Shown piece by piece: positions 1 to 13,271 of a DNA stretch of 64,000 nucleotides. Where the stretch lies: contig OZ024745.1 of assembly GCA_964016885.1 (NCBI GenBank), positions 72,230,001 to 72,294,000 of the forward strand, in the 5' to 3' direction. How positions within the stretch are numbered: the first letter of the stretch is position 1; the number at the start of each line of letters is the position of its first letter. A program made the translations under genes and the position numbers. The notes beneath the pieces were generated by a model. That model ran no database searches. It was not told the DNA's origin and saw nothing but the letters and a program-made list of their open reading frames with translations. Origin of the DNA: Eledone cirrhosa (taxonomy: Eukaryota).

Positions 1-905
1 TAATCTTTACTTCAATTTTTCTTTCCAATTCACATAGACTTTATTACATTTTCTTTCACTTTTCATTCTTGCCCTCTTTAGTTTTACTTTTATATAGATT
101 CTCAACTTAACAATGAAACGAGAGCTTATGAAACTCCCATATATTGTAATATCATTGTCTCTTAAAATTATAGAAGTCACATCGTTCTAAAATAGTCTTC
201 TATTCTTAGCTCAGAACTTACTTAATAAAATATTATTTTTCTTTGTATGGATTGCGAAGATAACTGAGCAGCATTAAGGAAACTGGAAACTTCTTTTCAA
301 CGGAAACATTCTTATGGGGGTTCCCTAACCTCCCACTTGAGCTTCAATTTTCACACCCATATATATTTTATTCTTATATGAATCCTAAGAGATTACAAGG
401 TTCTAAATCTGATGACAGAAATTTCCTTCTCTTTCTACTATTTTATGTTTTACTTTAGTTTGTCGGGTGGAGTTTTAACTGGTTGAATTGGCCGTGCGGT
501 ATTTTAAAGAGAGTTTGGTATCAAATGGTAAAGTGGGACATAGGATTGTAAAAAATGCTACATCAGCAACATAGAGGATTTAACTTGTTACGTATTTTAA
601 TTAGAAATATAAAACAATCAGAATCCCTTATCGATAAAGTACCATTAAAACACGAGGTCGATATAATAAAAAACAACACACACACACACACACATATACA
701 AAAAACACATAAATTCATGTGCGTATGCATATGTGCGGAAGTGTGTGTGTGTTCATTCTATGTGTTGTGAGTATTAGCCCTTAGACTAACACTTGATAAA
801 ATATAGCTGAACACATCAAAATAGTTTGAGGTAATTATCTGAAAACACACAAACACATATATACAACAGACACAGACACACAGAGATGAACGCAATACGC
901 ACACA

Positions 906-984
<79 letters not shown>

Positions 985-1799
985 CCACACACATATATAT
1001 AAAGACAAGACAAAATTTGCATATACGCTAACAATACAGCTGACGCTGAGAAAGTTTTGGGGGTCTAGGCCTAAGTATTTATGTAATGAATCATTATCCT
1101 TCAATACCATACAAACCTGTATATACAGGAACCAAGCAGATTAGAAAGAAACAAAGAAATATGTTGATTTAGAAACCTTTTTAAAACAGGGTGTTGGCAA
1201 AATGTAGTTCTTTGTATTTTCTTGAAGATGATATTAAGCAAAATATAAAGCAACTGGTAGTGACGTGGTCTTTTAATGTAAAAATCCATCCTGATATAAA
1301 TTCTTCTTCTGCTGCAAGAACTTTTAAAGGAATTTTCCTCCGATATAAGATTTGATAACAGATATAGATAAGATATATATATATGTATATATATATCCAA
1401 AATTAAATTAAGGGTGTCATGTCCGAGAGACATGCACCATATCCACTGTAGAATAAGCTCAAAGATTCCAATGAATAGATCCGAGCATTTTATATCAACC
1501 TAGCTGTGTGTGCTTACACACTTTACAAATTATCCCCTATGATTGTTTCATGTGTTTATTTTAGATATATATATATATATATATATGTGTATTTCGAAAA
1601 ATATCTTGTCTAAATCTAAAATGTTCCCATTTTTTAAATTTTTATTATACACATGTCTTTCATGTGACTACAATCTATAAAGTTAAATGTAGTAGAAACC
1701 TACTTGAAAATATGACATTAAACTGGTTTGCATTGCATTATAAACTACATATTTGGGCTTTTATAAAAGACCAAATACACTGCACTAAACTCCCCCAAA

Positions 1800-1958
1800 A
1801 GTGAGTCTTGTTAATAGTTTCGCCTGTCTATCACAGGGTTATTAGGCAAGCGAAACGCCAGAGTAACAAGACTCATTGTTTAGCCTTAATATAAAGGAAT
1901 ATTAAAACTCTACTTTGGTATTGAGTATTCCTTTCTCTCAGCCGTCAACAACACATGG

Positions 1959-1960
<2 letters not shown>
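1800..1960 (+). repeat. Dispersed hairpin-containing repeat, second copy at ~20740-20890
   Basis: Shared sequence CAGAGTAACAAGACTC...TTTAGCCTTAAT...AAAACTCTACTT.GGTATTGA...CTCTCAGCCGTCAAC; both copies have an internal inverted repeat and end at a microsatellite. Confidence 0.7.
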
Positions 1961-2019
<59 letters not shown>

Positions 2020-2029
2020 TATATATATA

Positions 2030-2394
2030 GGGAGACACTAAGCAGGCTTTGTTTTAGAAACGGCTAGCGAATTTGAAAATTAGATAGTAACATGTGCTTA
2101 TACCGTATTTGACTAAATAGAATTAGTCTCTCAGTTGGGATTTAAGAAACTCCTTTGAATGGAAAAAAGGATGAGTATTGACGAACATGGGACACGAATC
2201 CACATCTTTGGTTTGCCGGACCAATGTGTTACCATTACACCAACACGCCACCCATGCTTCCTTCCATTCAATTCAATGGGTTTGTGTCGCATGTATGTCA
2301 AAACTCATCCTTTTTTCAATTGAGAGGGCTTTTTAAAATCCCAACTAACAGACTGATTATATTTAGTCAAATACGACGTAAGCACATGTTGCTA

Positions 2395-2398
<4 letters not shown>
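2030..2398 (-). mobile_element. tRNA-headed foldback element between microsatellites
   Basis: Diverged inverted arms ~2085-2201 and ~2278-2396. Minus strand has A-box TGGTGTAATGGT (2231-2242) and B-box GGATTCGTGTCCC (2189-2201). Flanked by (CA)n/(TA)n. Confidence 0.6.
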
Positions 2399-2450
<52 letters not shown>

Positions 2451-5400
2451 TATATTTGCATAGAGAGTGGGAAAAAAACCTAGTATTCAACTGAAATTAT
2501 CCTCGCAATTTCAAAACCGAAACTCCCTGTAGTATCTTTCAGCAAACAAAGTAGAGAATATTATAGCCTGAGCTGACTCAAAATGATTAGAAACAATATA
2601 AGACAATGCAGTGAGAGTGGATCATGTGAAAACAACTGATATAATTCGATCTTCTCAGATCTGTTCAGTGAAGTACATTCAAGTTGGTTAGGCTATCATG
2701 ACCAAATAGAAATAGGAAAGGGGAAACACTTTATGTGTGTCAACGCTGGATATAGACAAAAATGCCTCAGGAGACGGCTCTCCATGAAATATATACAAAC
2801 AAATAGTGTCTCGCCAAATGAATATGCTTATTTGCGTCGCTATAATGCATTCTTTTCAGTTAGGAATTTCTTACGTCCGGTATGGAATTTGATTTCAACA
2901 TTTATATGAAGCATTAATAGTACAAACTAAATTTCTATTCAGAGTATGATTCCTCAATGTCGGATAAAATTTGATTAAACAGCATTTTTATTGCTAACAT
3001 CCTTTCTGATACTCCCATAGGGATATAAAATCAAAAAGACACGCATTTACAGATACATTCTCATACAGAAATGCACATATGCATACAGTCTCTTCTGCAT
3101 CTCCAATTACCTAACATTTAGATTTCCCATAACAATTTTACGGATCAAATATCAATGAGGTATGTTATCTCCAGTGGTGCCGCTACCTATAATTTTCAAC
3201 TGCTGGATGGCGAAAAGATTCATTTAAAATGTTCATGAGAATGTAAAATTATTATCGTGTTATATTAACGAAATGAAATGAAGTTGAGCAATATGATATG
3301 TACTTGCAAAATATCTATGTTGAAATAACTTTGATTGTATTTTTCGGTATGTTTAGAATTCCCAGCATAAAGAATTCACCATAAAATATATGTGCAATTA
3401 TTCACTGAAATGTTTTTGTGCAGCGCTGGGAAATAAATATGAAAAGGAGTAAAAATTGAAAAGACGAATTATTATCTAATATGGTGTTGGGTTTTGGCCT
3501 TACTCAGTAAGTCAGTACTGAAATATTAAACCAACTAGAATGAGCAATTATTCAGTTATTTGTGTCCTTGTTATATCTCATAGCTTAGAGATTGTATTGT
3601 GTACAATGTCTTATGACACGTATAAAAAGGGATGATAAAACAAGATAATATATCAATTCACTATGCATGAACGGTCACTACCATAAACAGTAAAACGTAG
3701 CATTTGTCGGGGTGATACGGTTTTTAGCTGTGTATTTATTCATATGTCGTGAGGGGTTATATTGCAAGTTTTCTCTAGGTATGGAGTGTTTGCGATTTGG
3801 TGATGTTGTATTTGTGTATTGAAAGATTCTTTTGAAGTCACAGCTGCCAGAAATAGCAGCCAAATTTTACTGATATCAAATTTCCGCTGTTTAACCAAGG
3901 AACACTTTCCCAAAATATACTATACACATATCTCTATTTTCGGTGTCCCAGCACAACCTCATTCTACAGGCTGAATAATTAACAGAGTAAAAGAGTATTT
4001 AACAATATCATTAATATATATTTCACGTATACACTTTCTTTCTTCTACATCCTTGTATATATTTAGTGTAGTAAAGTCCCGCTGTTTCCATGTTCTATAC
4101 ACTAAAAGTAGGAGGGTAATCAAACTACCTGAAACATTCAATGTTAGATTACGTTTGGTGTTATATTTAGAATCTACTAAAATAGATGTTAGGACTAACT
4201 GACTGCGATTAGTCAACGTTATTTCAAAGTTAAATTTTACGTGGATGTTATTTTGTTTATAGAAATTGCTGAGTAGTTAATTACTCACAGGTTTTCTGGG
4301 CAGATACAAACATTAATTCTTAAAAGCCTTTATAATTTTAAGTTTTGTAAAACAAAAATTAGAAGCAAAGACAAAAAAATGTTTGAGTGGTTCTTGCACT
4401 ACGTTAATAGAGTAAACTATGCCGAAATACACAAAACGAAAAAAAATATATATATATTTTTCAGTGGAGCATTGGACAAACAAAAATGCAAATGATAAAC
4501 ATATGCAAATACCCCATGCTTCCTTCCATATGCCATATTTTCAAATGTCTTATATAGGCAACAATTTCTAACAACATGTGACTTAATCATATTATTTATT
4601 TGAGGTATTTGATACACCTCTTCCTTGCAACTCTTTCAATAAAACTTAGTAAAAGCAACCACAAAGAAAATAAAAAAAAACGTTGATAACCTTAGTAAAT
4701 GTCTTGTTAAATAAAACCCAAAGAATTAATACGGAAATATAAATAATATTCAATAAAATGTTGAAAGCAGAACATGTTTTGAGAAACAAACGCCCAAAGA
4801 CCTATCAAATGATTAGATTGTGTTACTTACTGTTACACAATACACTGTTCACACTGTATCATTTAGGAAGTGTTTCTGTTGTTAAATTAATTAACTATAT
4901 TTCTGTTTATTATCGTTTATTAATTATAATAACTTTATATTAGATAACTTTACCTGGGACTTCTACAAGGCGGATAAAAGCATATAAAGAATCACTTCGT
5001 CGGTCAGTACATTATACGTGTATAATATACGTGACTGACTGCGTTTCTTAGTTTGACTATAATAACCTACAAAAAGACATTTCTTATTCCTTAGCCAGAA
5101 ATTGCTCCACGTTTTGTGAGCGAAAGTGTTTAGAAGCTCTGCAGAAACCGACTTCATGGACTTTACTTGTAATTCGACAGCCAGTTTTAGTTACACGTTT
5201 GCTTTGGAATAACGTTTAGTGTACAAATGTTTCTAATAGCGACAACACACAATGTTAGAACTGACGTGTTGATTTATCAACATATAATCTCAAAAAGAAT
5301 GTGTGGGTAAAATATTTGAAAAGCAACTTTTGAAGTTTGCAACTAAACTAACACGACTAAAAAAATAAATGACAGTCTTTTCAGTAATTTCACCACGAGA

Positions 5401-5867
5401 AAGAATAGACATATCTATTCTTTAGTGTAAACATAAATACGGTTTTACGTTTTTCAGGAATGACATTACAAAAACTAAAATGTGTTTATTTTATACTGCA
5501 TATTTTTGGGTATAAGATACGATTCTTAGAAACATTGTGTAACGCATATATGCATATGCATATGTTTATGTATATATAGAATATCTTTCTTTCTCTTCCT
5601 CTCTTCCACACTCTCTCTTTCTCATTATATATATAATATCTATTTCATACATAGAGATGTTTGTAAGTATAAACATATATTGTTATATATACACACATGC
5701 TTCTATATATATAATATATATAATAGGGGTATATATTAAAGCATATACGATATGTTTATGCATATTAAGCATACAAGAGTCTCGCTATGATTTCCTTAAT
5801 CTGAGATAGTTGTAACATGGTCACAACTTAAAAAATAATAACATCATAACGTATGTTTATTATACAG

Positions 5868-6025
5868 ACACCATGCTTTGCGGCATAGAGTTATGGCCCT
5901 TTATGTTCTGAGTTCAAATCCCGCCTGGGTTAACTTTGCCTTTCAACCTTTCGGGGTCGATGAAATAAAGCCCAGTAATGCACTGGGGTAATTGCTGGCC
6001 TTGTGCCTAAAGTAGAAACAATTAT
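5868..6025 (+). mobile_element. tRNA-derived SINE with Nin/Deu-like domain
   Basis: B-box GAGTTCAAATCC followed by TTTGCCTTTCA.CCTT.CGGGGTCGAT.AAATAAAG; same family recurs throughout the window. Confidence 0.8.
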
Positions 6026-6646
6026 ACATAAACATATCGTATATCCTTTTATATGCACCCCTATTATGAAGCACGCTATGTTAGTGCCTCTTCTAATATA
6101 TGCTTATAAATGTAATTATATTGCTTATAAGACTGCAAATTCGCACAGTTATTAGATTGTTTCATAGAATATCTTGTAACGGCTCCTTATGATCTGAGTT
6201 GAAGCACCACCGAGGTCAAATTTGTCTTTCATCATTCTATGATCGACAAATAAAGTATCAATCAAGTTCGATTTTTCTCTCTTTCCCGCTCTTTCACTCT
6301 CTCTCTCTCTATATATACAGCTTTCTCTCTCTATCGCAACCTCTCTGTCTCGACCCCACCTTCTCTCTCTCTCTAATTGTATATATTTCTGAATCGGTTA
6401 TACCGTGAGAAGTTTAGAAAGATTAAGTGAGGGGTATCTAAATATATCTAATAGAATAAAAGATATACCACTGGAACAGTCCAAAGTCTGATAGTTGTAC
6501 AGCACAGCACAGGATGGAAGAAGTTTGTATTCAAGCTGTGGAGTTTATTCTTCCTGATTTTATTTTGATATTGTATCATACTGTATTATTTAATATATTG
6601 GAATAGATCCTTGTTGAGGGTTTTAAATCATATATAGGAATGTAAT

Positions 6647-6775
6647 AGGCGGTGAATTGGCAGAGTCGTTAGAACGTCGGATAGAATGCTGAGTTCAAAT
6701 CCCGCCGAGGTCAACTTTGCCTTTCATCCTTTCGAAGTCGATAAAAAACGTACCAGTCTAGTACTGGGTTGATTC
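6647..6775 (+). mobile_element. tRNA-derived SINE, same family, internally deleted
   Basis: GGCGGTGAATTGGCAGAGTCGTTAG head, GAGTTCAAATCC B-box, CTTTCATCCTTTCGAAGTCGATAAAA core. Confidence 0.8.
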
Positions 6776-7444
6776 TTCCCCTCTCTATGGAAGAAATCTG
6801 CTGTACTCAGGCCCAAGAAACGCCATATGTCAATACGACGCCCCTATGACCCTATCAGGAGTTACAGGACCATACAATACATAGGCATGTAATAGTCACT
6901 TTTGTGTATATTTTTGTAATGTATACCTTGTTTCTAAACCCTAGAATTGCTTCTTTAAAGTTCGTTAGTTTTTTCCAAGTTTGATACAGGTTAGAATAAT
7001 TTCCCCAGTATTTTTTAATAACAATTTAACTTCTTGTTTGTTCGTCAGTGTTTTTTGTAAACCTTAAAATGCCAATAATAACTATCGCTATTTTGTTATA
7101 TTTCTACCGAGAACGTAAAATTCTATTTGAAGTAAGACACTGTTTTGTGCAACAAAGAAGTGTATGTTTTCGGCAGTATGCCGTAACTATAGAACTAGCT
7201 GTGCATTTTAAAGATCTCGGCGGTGCTTAAATTATCACTATGATAACGAATGAAACAAATTAAACCATACAGGAAATGCGTTTTAATTTCCCCGGGGTTG
7301 TAAATTTGCATATTAGCGTTTGTGTGACAATAATTTCGGTTATATCCGCTGTGTTTTATTCCCACAGAAAGATTATATATATGTTTTATAAATAATATAT
7401 ACCAGATAGAAAAATACGTACAGCAAAAAAAAGTAATATTGTTG

Positions 7445-7556
7445 GAATATAAACCTTTAAAAATACAGGACAAGAAACTAAAATAAAACTTTAAACGAAT
7501 AGGACAAGAAACTAAGATAAAACTTTAATAGAATGGAACAGGAAACTAAGATAAAA
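7445..7556. repeat. ~34-bp degenerate tandem repeat
   Basis: AGGACAAGAAACTAA.ATAAAACTTTAA repeated about 3 times. Confidence 0.7.
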
Positions 7557-7680
7557 ATGACCGGCTTCAGTATGAATTCGGTGACATCATCAGGTATTCG
7601 AAATTTAACAAAGGAATATAATCCTTGGGGCTGAAAAGGCCGCGACAAGAAGGTGGCCACACATTTAGCAGTTTCCAGTC
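7555..7680 (-). repeat. Dispersed repeat with degenerate HHR-like motif (other copies ~21005-21140, ~35700-35830)
   Basis: Shared TGACCGG.TTC.GTATGAAT.CGGTGA.ATCATCAGGTA.TCGAAAT; minus strand reads CTGATGA...GAA(C/G)CCGGTC. Confidence 0.65.
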
Positions 7681-7839
7681 ATATACTTACGCACGAACTA
7701 CTGACCAAATAATATTTGGTATCAATGGGTTAAAGACATCTGTCAAATCAATTAGTGGTGAAGATGGTGTATATATATATATATATAGATACACTCACAC
7801 ACACACACGCACACACACACGCACCCCCACACACACACA

Positions 7840-7903
<64 letters not shown>

Positions 7904-7919
7904 TATATTTATATATATG

Positions 7920-8128
7920 TGAAGGCGTGTGGCTGAGTGGATTCGCAAGCGTGAGATTGTGAGTTCGATTCCCTGACCGGGCGATGCGTTATGTCCTTGA
8001 GCAAGACACTTTATTTCACGTTGCTGCTTCTACCTGGAGTTGCGACCGATAGATAGTATTAGCAATTGGAAAGACCAATGGAAGCATTGTTTCCTCGGTC
8101 CGATTTGACAAAAGTCAATCTTTCCTTT
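7920..8128 (+). mobile_element. tRNA-derived SINE, second family (opposite-strand copy at ~33470-33692)
   Basis: TGGCTGAGTGG A-box, GAGTTCGATTCC B-box, GTCCTTGAGCAAGACACTTT core; aligns to the reverse complement of 33478-33692. Confidence 0.8.
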
Positions 8129-8427
8129 TATATATATATATATATATATATTGAGTGAGTGTGAAACACCAAAGGTCATTATTGAAAATCTATGGATTTC
8201 GCAAGATACATATTTTTTATTGGAGAAGGTAAAGTATTTTTCCACAAAAATTGGATTGCAGCGTTTTGTTTCCACTTATGTATTGTTTGAAAATGTTATT
8301 TATTCATTATAAAAATTAAATAATAGCATTTTAGTCTGCAAAATCATATATATAGGAATAAGGTAAGCCCAAATCATAGTAGATTCAAATATCACAGAGA
8401 GAAAGAGAGGGGGGAGAGAGAGAGAGT

Positions 8428-8466
<39 letters not shown>

Positions 8467-8573
8467 GGGAGGGGGAGAAATGAGGTGGAACAGAAATGAA
8501 ACATGGATTACAGGTTAAAATATAGTCTAGATAGATGTGAAACAAAATGAGGATGTAGTTTATTGAACACCCA

Positions 8574-9029
8574 AATGATTTAGAAGTCGACCTTAAGTAG
8601 GAGCAATAACATTAAGAATGACACTACAACACTTTGTTTTGAACATTTTGAAAGTAGGTTTCTAAGTATGAATTTTGATAAGATTTTCGTAGTTGTCTCT
8701 GTGGCCTAGCGGTAAATATTAGAGACGGTGGATATCCTGGCCGTGGTTTCAATCCTGGTCAAGAGGTACATGTAACCTTTTTTTTTAGTTTTTATTTTAC
8801 AACCTGAAAAAAAAAACTGAAAAGGTTTACCGAGAACCCTACTACCGACCAGGATCGAACTTCAGACCAGGATCACTACCGTCAATGATTCCTCCAATTA
8901 GGCCACCGAGACAGCTACAAAAGTATAATGAAAATTGATAATTATAAACATACTTTCAAAATCAAAATCGGTGTCGTTCATTGCTTCCCTTGCGCTATTA
9001 GTAATATTTAGGGTCGACTTCTGATCATT
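8574..9029. mobile_element. Foldback (MITE-like) element with two convergent tRNA-like units
   Basis: Termini AATGATTTAGAAGTCGACC / GGTCGACTTCTGATCATT. A/B boxes at 8702-8712 and 8745-8755 (+), 8894-8905 and 8852-8860 (-). Confidence 0.6.
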
Positions 9030-9300
9030 ATTGAAAGTCTCTGGATTTCGAAACATACATATTTTTTATTGGAGAAGGTAAGATATTTTTCCGCAAAAAA
9101 TTGATTGCACTGTTTTGTTTCCACTTATGTACTTTTCAAAAATGTTATTTATTCATTATAACAATTAAATGATAGCATTTTATTTTTAGACCCAGCCCGC
9201 CACTGTGTATGTGAACACATATATATATAGCACGTGATGTTTTCTTATTTGGAGAAACATATATTGCGGGCACATGAAGGATGTTTTCTCATATTGCCGT

Positions 9301-9400
9301 GAAGTCCCCTGACGATTAGCGTTCTCATGATGTTAGCTGACTTACTAGTTAAGATGTTTGATACTGGTCTTACGCTGTGAAACTGCAGTAGGTGTATTTT
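9301..9400 (+). ncRNA. Minimal type-I hammerhead ribozyme motif, weak stem I
   Basis: CTGACGA 9309-9315; stem II AGCGT/ACGCT; GAAA-CTGCAG-TA 9379-9390 with palindromic stem III. Confidence 0.55.
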
Positions 9401-9849
9401 GAAGTTACTAAACTTAATTATTCTGATATCATTTTGCTGACAGCTTTCATTTATGGATTTTTTATAAATGATTTATTCAATGAGCCATCCGCGTAACTGT
9501 TGGATATTTAATATATATATATATATATAAATTTAAAAAATTCTGAAAACCATACAATGCATTAGAAAATTAAAGGTACCAAGATAAAAATAAAATCTTA
9601 CCTTAGCAAATCTAATAATAATAATTATATATATATATATATATATATGGAAACGGAACAATAAAATACATCTGAAACCATACCGATTCTATATTCTCAA
9701 GCTGTATAACATAATAAGTGCTGTCTGAAGAAGGCGTGTCTCACTTAACAATAATTACGTAATGGTATCATTGCGTAATAACAGCTGACACTACAGAATA
9801 ACCCAATAAAGTGAATTAAGAAAAACTTGTCTTGTTTTCATATTCATTA

Positions 9850-10290
9850 TCTAACTTTGCCATTCATCCTTACGAGGTCGATAAAATAAAGTACCAGTAA
9901 TGCACTAGGGTAATTGCAGGCCTTGTGCCAAAAGTAGACACAATTATATATATATATATATTCCGTTATAACATCTATTATTATCATTATTAATATTATT
10001 ATATTGGTATAGGGTGGTGAATTGGCAATATCTGCGGCATATAGTTACGACCCTTTATATTGTAAGTTCAAATCCTGGCAGTATCGGTAGAGCGTCAGAC
10101 ACCATGCTTTACAGCATAGAGCTATGACCCATTACGTTCTGAGTTGAAATCCTGCCGAGGTTAACTTTGCCTTTCATCCTTACGGGGTCGATAACATAAA
10201 GTACCAGTAAGGCACTGAGGGTGGTTTAATAGACTTTCCTCTTCCTCTTAAAATTGCTGGCCTTGTGTAAAAAAATAGAAACAATTATTG
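9850..10290 (+). mobile_element. Cluster of Nin-like SINE copies
   Basis: Partial copy ~9850-9945 and a copy with duplicated head ~10010-10290, both ending GGCCTTGTG...AGA.ACAATTAT. Confidence 0.8.
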
Positions 10291-11141
10291 CAGTAGCATG
10301 ATCGTTACCTATTCACAGTTATACTTCCTGATAAAAATATGACATATTGAGAAAAAATACGCCAGAGGAATATTATTTGAAAGAAAAATTATCTTAAAAT
10401 GTTTAACGATTAAACACTGCTAATGTATGATAGTAAACATCTTTTAAAGTAATGTATAATTGGGAATCTGGGCCTGATGTAACGAAAACGAGTTGCGGGA
10501 AAATAATTAAAAATGGTATCACAGGAGGTGGTTATTTAATTTTACAGTAGTCATCATAAAATGAGAGAAATGTTTCGGTCTACACACTCAAATGCATCTG
10601 TAACTATAAATAAGCTGATATAAACCAAGTGCAGTTAACTGCATGTGTGAATCGTTTTGTTTGATTAATATGAAAATCAAAACAATTATTAATAAAGAAC
10701 ATATTTATGAATGTAGACATTGTCAATTATGAAGAATTATTTATAGTATGAAATGTCACCATGCTCTTTAAGAAACAACAACAAAGATAACAACGAAATA
10801 AACCAACGAAGGAGCCTATGTGCGATCACTCGACATGCTGGAAATAGCAGCTAAATCTTCTTAAAATTGAAGAACAAAGGGAAGAACAAAAGGAATAATG
10901 CAGCCCTGGGTATACAAAAAGTATTTGGCGGCTCAATCACAAATAAGTATAATATGAACAACAGCAACATAAAAGTAAGGAAGTGTTTGCCTCATAGTTT
11001 CAGCGCCCTAGGCAGTAGGGAATATAACAACAGGTATCTAAGTTCATTTCACCCACTAAAGCAGGTGTTAGCCAATACAAGACTTCAAATTTACCATTGG
11101 GTCCTTCCTGAAGCAATGTTTTACGGACGCTAGCGCTTTTT

Positions 11142-11176
<35 letters not shown>

Positions 11177-11179
11177 GAC

Positions 11180-11233
<54 letters not shown>

Positions 11234-11260
11234 GTATATATATATATTTATTTATTTATA

Positions 11261-12269
11261 CGAAGCTTGTCCAAAACGTTGACGATATATTTAAATGTAT
11301 ATTAGACGTACATAAAATTACGAGTTATCTCCTTCAAAATCCGACCCTTGGGAGGTCACACAGTTGCTCCAACATTTTCCCATTGATCGTAGCAGTACCA
11401 GAAGTCATATCCTGTGAGTGCTCTTAGTTCATCACTTACAATGTTGTGTATGTTTGCCACAGTTCCAAAATGATGACCCTTCAACTTCGATTTCAATATA
11501 GGGAAAAGGTAGAAATCACACGAAGCGAGATCTGAGCTGTAGGCCAATGTGGAAAAGCGGTAATCTTATTCTTCCTTAGATATTCTCGAATAGAAATTGC
11601 CCTGTGAGCAGGCGCATTACCTTTGTACAAGCCCAATCTCCTGCAAATGTCCTTTCGAACTGGCTTGACCCTTTATTTCGAAGTCGTTCCAAAACATCTT
11701 TGTCGAACGTACGATTAACAGTCTGACTTGGAGGTAAGAACAATACCACGGCTCTTGACAAAAGGATAATTATTAATTTCACCCTGGATCTGCTCATGCC
11801 TGCTTTCTGCAGACATGTAGAATTTTTCGTATGCCACTCCTCACTTTGCCGTCTCTGAATCGTACTGAAACGTGAATTATTCATCTTCTGTTATTACTTT
11901 ATCCATTCCTTTTGCAATCATCCTAATATTTAAGCGGTGAAAAAGCTTTGTGGCACTTGAAAACCTTACTTCCCGATAGAATGGCATCTCCATAAGCTTG
12001 TGTTAAAGAGTTAAATACTTCGGTGGTAGATGTGTTGAGTTTCACACAAAATTTGATCGCATACCGTTGCTTGATATTTTTCTGGCTTGCAAACGTAACA
12101 GAGGTTATACAAATCTGTACATGAATAGATATAACTCACGACTGACACACTTGATAATGTTGAAGCAACTATATACATGCAGCCAAGGTCATAGCCAACA
12201 TCAACGAGGAGTTGCATTTCCATGTCGTGCACAGGAAAATCAGTACCCTTACTTGTGGGACAAACCTTG
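11261..12269 (-). mobile_element. Degenerate Tc1/Mariner transposon
   Basis: YSSDLASCDFYLF matches the mariner YSPDLAPxDF motif (ORF 11356-11547); QSEEW and FYxxVLERLR-like segments (11576-11884); TA-flanked degenerate TIRs CGAAGCTTGTCC / GGACAAACCTTG. Confidence 0.88.
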
Positions 12270-12405
12270 TATGTATATGTGTATATAGTTTAATAAATAT
12301 TTGCTCTAGGGTTCTTATATATTTGATATATATTTATCCTTATCGAGCCCTCTTTGGATTTTCGTCTTCAGATTTATTACTATTACTATATATATATATA
12401 TGTGT

Positions 12406-12508
<103 letters not shown>

Positions 12509-12517
12509 TGCGTGCGC

Positions 12518-12551
<34 letters not shown>

Positions 12552-12555
<4 letters not shown>

Positions 12556-13240
12556 ATAATAATAAATTTGAAGACTAAAATCCAAAGAGGGCTCGATAAG
12601 GATAAATATATATCAAATATATAAGAACCGTAGAGCAAATATTTATTAAAATAACACATTAAAGTTTAAGCAAAGAATCGCTGCTTTCACTCTTAACGGG
12701 ATCTTCTGATACTAACAAAGTCAATCTGTAAACGCAGAAGTGGAAATTTCAAAAAGCGTTGCAACCGGAGGAAGACAGGAAGACGATACTTTGGTTCGTG
12801 GAAACGTTCCCTGGCAAAGAACGGAAAAAAAAACGAATATAATACGTCATTAATAGGAGCGGTGAAAAACAATTACGCGCAAAGACAAAACCACGTTTAT
12901 GGTATAAAAGAAGTTGTAGACTAATGTTCTCTTAGGTGGTTCATAGAGACGTTCTCTGGCAATGAACGAAAAAAACGAAGATAATACGTCATATGTGGAG
13001 CGTGGAGAACAATTGCACGCAAAGACAAAACCACGTAAATGGTATAGCTGAAGTCGTAGACTAAAATTGTAACTAGGAAACCGAATGAATCTCCGCTTCA
13101 TAGTTAAGAATAAAGTAAATAAAATACAATACAGAGGTAATAGAAATTAAATAAATACATATACGCTTGCAAATACGTACATACACAAGCATACGCGAAA
13201 ACACTTGCCATAGGTATACAAAATCACGCACATATAAATA

Positions 13241-13271
<31 letters not shown>

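Noticed and set aside
1090-7350. Possible minus-strand host exons (~1130-1310, 4130-4290, 4955-5240, 7040-7350)
   Set aside because: Splice-like sites exist but frames contain stops and no domain is recognisable.
2185-8910. Functional tRNA genes at A/B-box sites
   Set aside because: No complete cloverleaf could be drawn; all sit within repeats.
9720-9800. CTGAAGA followed by a long hairpin
   Set aside because: No GAAA or cleavage triplet downstream; at most a truncated relic.
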